Assembly: GCF_009914755.1 (NCBI RefSeq)
Contig: NC_060939.1
DNA length: 64,000 bases
Source: the human T2T-CHM13v2.0 reference genome, Homo sapiens
Direction: 5' to 3' (one strand)
Shown: in pieces, positions 56,837 to 64,000 of the stretch
How positions within the stretch are numbered: the stretch's first letter is position 1
Layout: the number at the start of each line of letters is the position of its first letter
The notes under the pieces: generated by a model
The model's input: only the letters and a program-made list of their open reading frames with translations
Told to the model about the DNA's origin: nothing
Databases searched by the model: none
Program-made: the position numbers and the translations under genes

Positions 56837-57361
56837 GGCTGAGGGCAGCAAAGACATCAACATTCTTCTTTAAACATTCTAGCGTTTTTGGTTGCACTAA
56901 GGATATTAAGGATCATGTTTGATCAGTGTGCCCTAGAGGAGTAATTGGCAAGAGACCCCCAGTCTGGATGCTCTTGCCACTGTGGATATGATTCTTTTAA
57001 TTCTGATCTTAGACCTGGATTTTATTGCTATTAAGTCTGAAGGCATTCCCTTGTAGTACAGATGCCAGTTATATTAATTTCTTGCTTACAGTCAAACATT
57101 CCATTGTACTCAACTAGGGTTCTATCATGTATAAGGGAAACACATTTTTTTCTGCCACTTTACATATAAGGTATTTGTCTTTTTTATAAAAGGCAGTACT
57201 GGTGGCTCATGCCTGTAATCCCAGCACTTTGGGAGGCTGAGGAGAGCGAATCATGAGGTCAAGAGTTCAAGACCAGCTTGACCAACATGGTGAAACCCTG
57301 TCTCTACTAAAAATACAAAAAATTAGCTGGGTGTAGTGACAGGCGCCTGTAATCCCAGCTA

Positions 57362-57497
<136 letters not shown>

Positions 57498-57714
57498 TCA
57501 AGAATAATGTCAATTTCTTCCTGAATCTCAAGTGGATGTCAGTAAGAAACTAATTATTATTATTTTGGGGGAGATTTTTATTGTAAGGATCAAGAGAATA
57601 AAAAAAAAAGAACCAGTTCTCAGGAAGGAGAGAAACTGGAAAAGCTCTCAGGGCCTCAGAAGGGGGAACTCACAGACAATCTTAGGGGCCACCCTTGGGA
57701 TAACTTGGCACTAA

Positions 57715-58047
<333 letters not shown>

Positions 58048-58363
58048 TGAGCCACTGCGCCCGCCATTAAAAATATTTCAAATTGAAGTACAACACACAA
58101 AAACTGAACAGGTCTTAAGTATACAGCTGAAGGAACTTTTGCCAAGTGAACGCACATACTAACTGGCACCCAGATTAAGACTCAGAACATTGTCCATGCC
58201 CCAGAGTCTTCATGTCATCTACTAGTCATTGCCTCCCACAAGTATTCACTATTCTGACCTCTATCACAAATTTATTTTGCTTATTTTTGAACTTTATTGA
58301 AATGAAACCATACAGTATGCTTTAATGTCTGCCTTCCTTTGCTCAACATTATGCCTGTGCAAT

Positions 58364-58810
58364 TGTCATGCCAGACTCCCATTGACCCCAATAGGGATGG
58401 CATCCTGAGAGGCTGAAGAAGTGATGTGGAGACAGCAACTGAGACATAGGGTTTATTGGAAGAAATTATACACAGGGATGGTCCAGTGGCAGCGGCTGGA
58501 CAGGAGAACCACTCCCGTTTGTAAAAAGCATGCAGTTTTTATAGCATTTTTGCTTAGCACCCTCCATCTAGCAACCTCTACCTAGCAGTTTTCATTTAAC
58601 CCAAAACAAAGGGCCTCAATCCCATGTACAGCCTGCATTCCGAGGGATGGACTAGGGGTTCAGATGTCCTTCATAGATAAGGAGGGAAACTCTGGGTTGA
58701 CCACTCCCAGGTTCCTTAGCTCAGAACTCTGAACACACATTCCTCTTAGACCATAGGTTCATTCTTAAGGGTATACTTAAATTATTGCTGTCAGGTGCAT
58801 CTGTCATACA
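58364..58810 (-). mobile_element. Solo ERVL LTR (LTR32-like) inserted in an old L1M
   Basis: TG...CA termini with perfect 5-bp TSD GCAAT (58359-58363, 58811-58815); family from recall. Confidence 0.75.
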
Positions 58811-59930
58811 GCAATGTATCCTACTGTTGCATACAACAGTAACTTGTTCTGATTGTTATACAGTATTTCACTCTATGAATACTATACCCTTGATATACAT
58901 TTGGGTTGTTGCCAATTTGGAGATATTATAAACAAAGCTACAAATGAACGTTCTTGCACATGTCTTTTGGGTCACCCATGTTTTCATTCACCAAGAGTGG
59001 AATTGCTGGGGGATAAGGTAAACGCATATTCAGATTTAGTAGACTGTTGCCAAATGGCTTTCCAAAGTGGCTATGCCAATGTACATTCCCAACAGCAGAT
59101 GATTACTTTCAGTTGTTCCAGATCCTTGCTAACATGTGGTATTGTCATTTTAAAATTTTGTATCCTTTCTGATACGTGAGTAGTGCTATCTCATTGTGTG
59201 CATTTCCCTGATGACTAATGATAGAGCACCTTCTCCTCATATGTTCATTGAACAATTAAATATCCTCCTTTGTGAAGTGCCTATTTAAGTATTTTGCCTG
59301 TCTTCTTATTGGGTTGTCTGTCTTTACATTATTTAGTCCTTTATTAGAATTCACACCTAAAATTTAAATTTCCAGAAAAGCCTGGGCACGGTGGCTCATG
59401 CCTGTAATCCCAGCACTTTGTGAGGCAGAGGTGGGCAGATCACTTGAGTCCTGGAGTTTGAGACCAGCCTGGGCAACATGGCAAAACTCTGTCTCTACAA
59501 AAACTACAAAAATTAGCCAGGCGTGGTGGTGTGTACCTGTAGTCCCAGCTACCTAAGAGGCTGAGGTGGGAGGATCACCTGAGCCCAGCAGCCATGATCA
59601 CACCACTGCACTCCAGCCTGAGTGACAGAATGAGACCCTGGCTCAAAAAAAAAATGAAAAAAGAAATGTTAAGTTATCCTAAAAAGCTCTCTGGTTCTTA
59701 ATAATTCTAAAATTGTTTCCCTGCAATATTATTATCAAATAAGAATCAGGAGTAATTTTGGTTAAATTACTCCTGATAAATATGTAACACAAAACATATA
59801 AATATGTTACATAACAGATAAATATGTTTGGTAGAATATAACATATTTTTATTCCAACAAATATAATCTAGTATTCTATGTGTTTTATTAAAATCTTATA
59901 TTAATGTAGTAACAGTATTTTTCATTAATT

Positions 59931-60570
<640 letters not shown>

Positions 60571-62115
60571 CAATCTCTGCCTCCCAGGTTCAAGCGATTC
60601 TCCTGCCTCAGCCTCCCAAGTAGCTGGGATTACAGGCGCCTGCCACCATGCCTGGCTAATTTTTTGTATTTTTAGTAGAGACGGGGTTTCACCATGTTGG
60701 CCAGGATGGTCTTGATCTCTTGACCTCGTGATCCGCCCGCCTCAGCCTCCCAAAGTGCTTGGATTACAGGCGTGAACCACTGTGCCCGGCTAGCACTATT
60801 CTTTTAAAAATTAATATATTATAAATAAGGCTAAAGTCATTTTTTATTTGAATTCCCCAAATCCTAGTACCCTCCCCTGTGCCAGAAGTAGCCGTTGTTT
60901 TAAGTTTGATGTGCACAATTCACTACAGTAAACAGTATATACATTGTTCTACAACTTGCTTTTTCCCTTCCACACTTTGTCTTGTTATGCTGTGTTGCAT
61001 ACTCATCTAATTAATACATTTCAGCAGCTTTAAGAAAAAATACAATATCAATATAGCACAATTTATTAAAGCTATTCCCCTATGGATGTCAATTGGGTTG
61101 TATAGAGTTTACATTGTTTCATGTGACTTTTTCACATAATAGGGAAGACATTTCTATACACAAAATTGATCAAAAAAGCTCAATGTTTAACACAGAGAAA
61201 AAAATTACATTTGCAGTCAATACTTTTGTATCTATTCTGCAATAAAAAACTTTTATATCCTTTGGCATCACCTAAAACATATGGTGAGGGAATGCCCTCT
61301 TATTCTAAAATTCTGTGATTCTCTAAGTATTCCCAATAGGCTATGCCAAGTTGTTTTTTGTTTTCTTATCATACACTGGATAGGTAGTGGGTTTTGTTTA
61401 TTTGTTTGAAATAGGCCGGGCGCGGTGGCTCAAGCCTGTAATCTCAGCACTTTGGGAGGCCGAGGCGGGCGGATCATGAGGTTAGGAGATCGAGACCATC
61501 CTGGCTAACACGGTGAAACCCCGTCTCTACTAAAAATACAGAAAATTTGCTGGGCATGGTGGCGGGCGCCTGTAGTCCCAGCTACTCGTGAGGCTGAGGC
61601 AGGAAGGAGAATGGTGTGAACCCGGGAGGCGGAGCTTGCAGTGAGGTGAGACTGCGCCACTGCACTCCAGCCTGGGTGACAGAGTGAGACTCCATCTCAA
61701 AAAAAAAAAAAAAAAAAAGAATAAGGGTGTTTAACATTAAATTTCTTGGCATTTTTACAATATAAGTCCCTTATCTGTCCCCAAAATATTTGATCACATT
61801 TATTAAACATAAATATCTCTTTCATGTATGTGTGGATCTTGAATAGAAGGGTATGTTTCATGTAAAGGTTGGTATGATGTTCAACAGACAGCATAGAGTT
61901 CAATATACACTAGAGAGTGAGATGACCCATAAACTGAACCAGAGCTAGTAGTAATGAACATATAAACATGAGCACATGTAGAGTTCAAAGAAATCTGAGG
62001 GATTGCTTTGAATTTCTCTAGAGCCTGGAATAATCATTAAAGTCACTCTCAGTATAATCTCATGGGCAAGGAAAACTTCAATTGCTCATGGTGTACACAA
62101 GTCTTTACTGGGTTA

Positions 62116-62286
<171 letters not shown>

Positions 62287-62489
62287 TCAGGTGAGGTGGG
62301 AGGAGTGGTTGAGCTCAGAGGTCAAGGCTGCAGTGAGCTGTGATGGCAACACTATACCCCAGCCTGGGCAACAGGGTAAGACCCTGTCTCCAAAAAAAAA
62401 AAAAAAAAGACTTTACTAAAGGCTAGGCAATAACGAATAACCAAAGGGAAATAAACACAACATGTAACACCAAACTAGATTGTCTGGTT

Positions 62490-63052
62490 GTTACATGACT
62501 GTAATAGGTCTGTTGCCTGATGTGCATGGTAAGCCAATTTGCCAAGACACCAGGTTGCAGCAAAGAAAGAGTTTTAATTGTAGGGCTGCCATATGAGGAG
62601 ATGGAAGGAAACTTCAAACTCCCTGAGGAGTTTGGGGCTAGAGTTTATAAGGGTTTTGGAGTGAGCCAAGGAGTGACGATTGTTGCTTGGTTGAAGAGTA
62701 CAAGATGAAGTCATGGTACAAGATGAAGAAATGATATTCTCATGTTGATGCTGATTGAGTTACCCTATGAGGGTCTTGAACTGCTTGGCATCAGCTGTTC
62801 TGCTGGAATTCAGGATCTGCTTAAGCAATTCTTAAAGTGTTAGGACTCTAATGTCAGAAATCATATCTATCTTAAACAAAAGCTGTATGATTCTAGGGCC
62901 AGGAATCCTATTTATAGGTATAATGGGGGTGCAGATGGCCAGTATCTAGTGTGATAGGACTTTCAGTAACAAGGAAGTGGGTCAACATGCAGACTGATTA
63001 CCGCTTGATTATAATTATTTCTGTCCAGATTTCTTGTAAAGCCCCTGAGGGT
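62490..63052 (-). mobile_element. ERV1-like LTR (family not assigned)
   Basis: TGTTAC terminus and MER4-group-like blocks; cut by the THE1 insertion. Confidence 0.5.
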
Positions 63053-63053
63053 G

Positions 63054-64000
63054 GTATATTAGTCTGTTTTCATGCTGCTGATAAAGACATGCCTGAGACT
63101 GGGAAGAAAAAGAGGTTTAATTGGACTTACACTTCCACATGGCTGGGGAGGCCTCAGAATCATGGCACGAGGTGAAAGGCACTTCTTACATGGTGGGAGT
63201 AAGACAAAAAATGAGGAAAAAGCAAAAGCGGAAACCCTGATAAACCCATTAGATCTCATGAGACTTATTCACTATCATGAGAATAGCACTGGAAAGACCA
63301 GCCCCCATGATTCAATTACCTCCTCCCACTGGGTCCCTCCCACAATATGTGGGAATTCTGGGAAATAAAATTCAAGTTGAGATTTGGGTGGGGACACAGC
63401 CAAACCATATCATTCCACCCCTGGCCCCTCCAAATCTCATGTCCTCACATTTCAAAACCAATCATGCCTTCCCAACAGTCCCCCAAACTTAACTTATTTC
63501 AGCATTAACCCAAAAGTCCACAGTCCAAAGTCTCATCTGAGACAAGGCAAGTAAGTCCTTTCCGCCTATGAGCCTGGAAAATCAAAAGCAAGCTAGTTAC
63601 TTCCTGAATACAATGGGGGTACAGGTATTGGGTAAATACAGCCATTCCAAATGGAAGAAATTGGCCAAAACAAAGGGATTACAGGGCCCATGCAAGTCTG
63701 AAATCCAGTGGGGCAGTCAAATTTTAAAGCTCCAAAATGATCTCCTTTGACTCCAGGTCTCACATTGAGGTCATGCTGATGCAAGAGGTGGGCTCCCATG
63801 GTCTTGGGCAGCTCTGCCCCTGTAGCTTTTCAGGGTACAGCCTCCCTCCTGGCTGCTTTCACAGGCTGGCATTGAGTGTCTGCAGCTTTTCCAGGTGCAC
63901 AGTGCAATCTGTCAGTGGATCTACCATTCTGGGGTCTGGAGGATGGTGGCCCTCTTCTCACAGCTCCACTAGGCAGTGCCCCAGTAGGGACTCTGTGTGG
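63054..64000 (-). mobile_element. THE1 (THE1C-like) LTR 63054-63412 plus MaLR internal sequence running off the window
   Basis: TATTAGTCTGTTTTCATGCTGCTGATAAAGAC...CAGCCAAACCATATCA followed directly by THE1-int-type sequence. Confidence 0.88.

Larger units (their letters stand above)
52723..56858 (-). pseudogene. CNOT6LP1: CNOT6L processed retrocopy (GC-rich 5' leader, intronless CDS, 3'UTR, poly(A))
   Basis: Intronless RLIGMPKEKYDPPDPRR...HLPNRR matches CNOT6L; AATAAA (plus TTTATT 52769-52774) about 15 nt before a degenerate poly(A) at ~52729-52753; TSD AACATTCTTC at 52413-52422 and 56859-56868 with an L1 endonuclease-type TTT/AAAG site. Gene symbol is from recall of this locus. Confidence 0.93.

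Noticed and set aside
56600-56863. Poly-Pro and poly-Arg ORFs
   Set aside because: Alternative frames of the GC VNTR with no independent coding evidence.
56607-56897. N-terminal 97 aa of the 611-aa ORF call (MQPKTLEC...PAAAAS repeats)
   Set aside because: The called start is GTG in flanking DNA outside the retrocopy TSD; there is no in-frame ATG before 56606.

Overview
Human genomic DNA; the human-specific AluYa5, AluYb8 and L1HS insertions support this. The window holds the 5' end of NEDD4 (HECT E3 ubiquitin ligase) on the minus strand: a CpG-island promoter with coding exon 1 (42953-42997), then exons 2-4 (15885-15958, 938-1016, 803-841). These splice in frame to [79 protein letters not shown], the start of the C2 domain. 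About 9.5 kb upstream on the same strand is a TSD-flanked processed copy of the deadenylase gene CNOT6L (most likely CNOT6LP1), the most interesting object here. It keeps an uninterrupted 514-codon ORF with the nuclease active-site motifs intact but lacks most of the CAF1-binding LRR, apparently through a frameshifting exon skip rescued by a second small deletion. It also reads through the ancestral stop, has a frame-preserving GC-rich VNTR at its 5' end, and keeps a 2.3-kb 3'UTR with miR-17/19/26 seed sites. The rest is mostly repeats: about 40 Alus, L1s (including a twin-primed L1HS pre-Ta and an 8-kb TSD-flanked L1MA-type element), MaLR/ERVL LTRs, DNA transposons and a U13 snoRNA retrocopy. 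Several small templated-insertion and hairpin scars are also visible. Parent-gene and repeat-family comparisons are from memory and need alignment.
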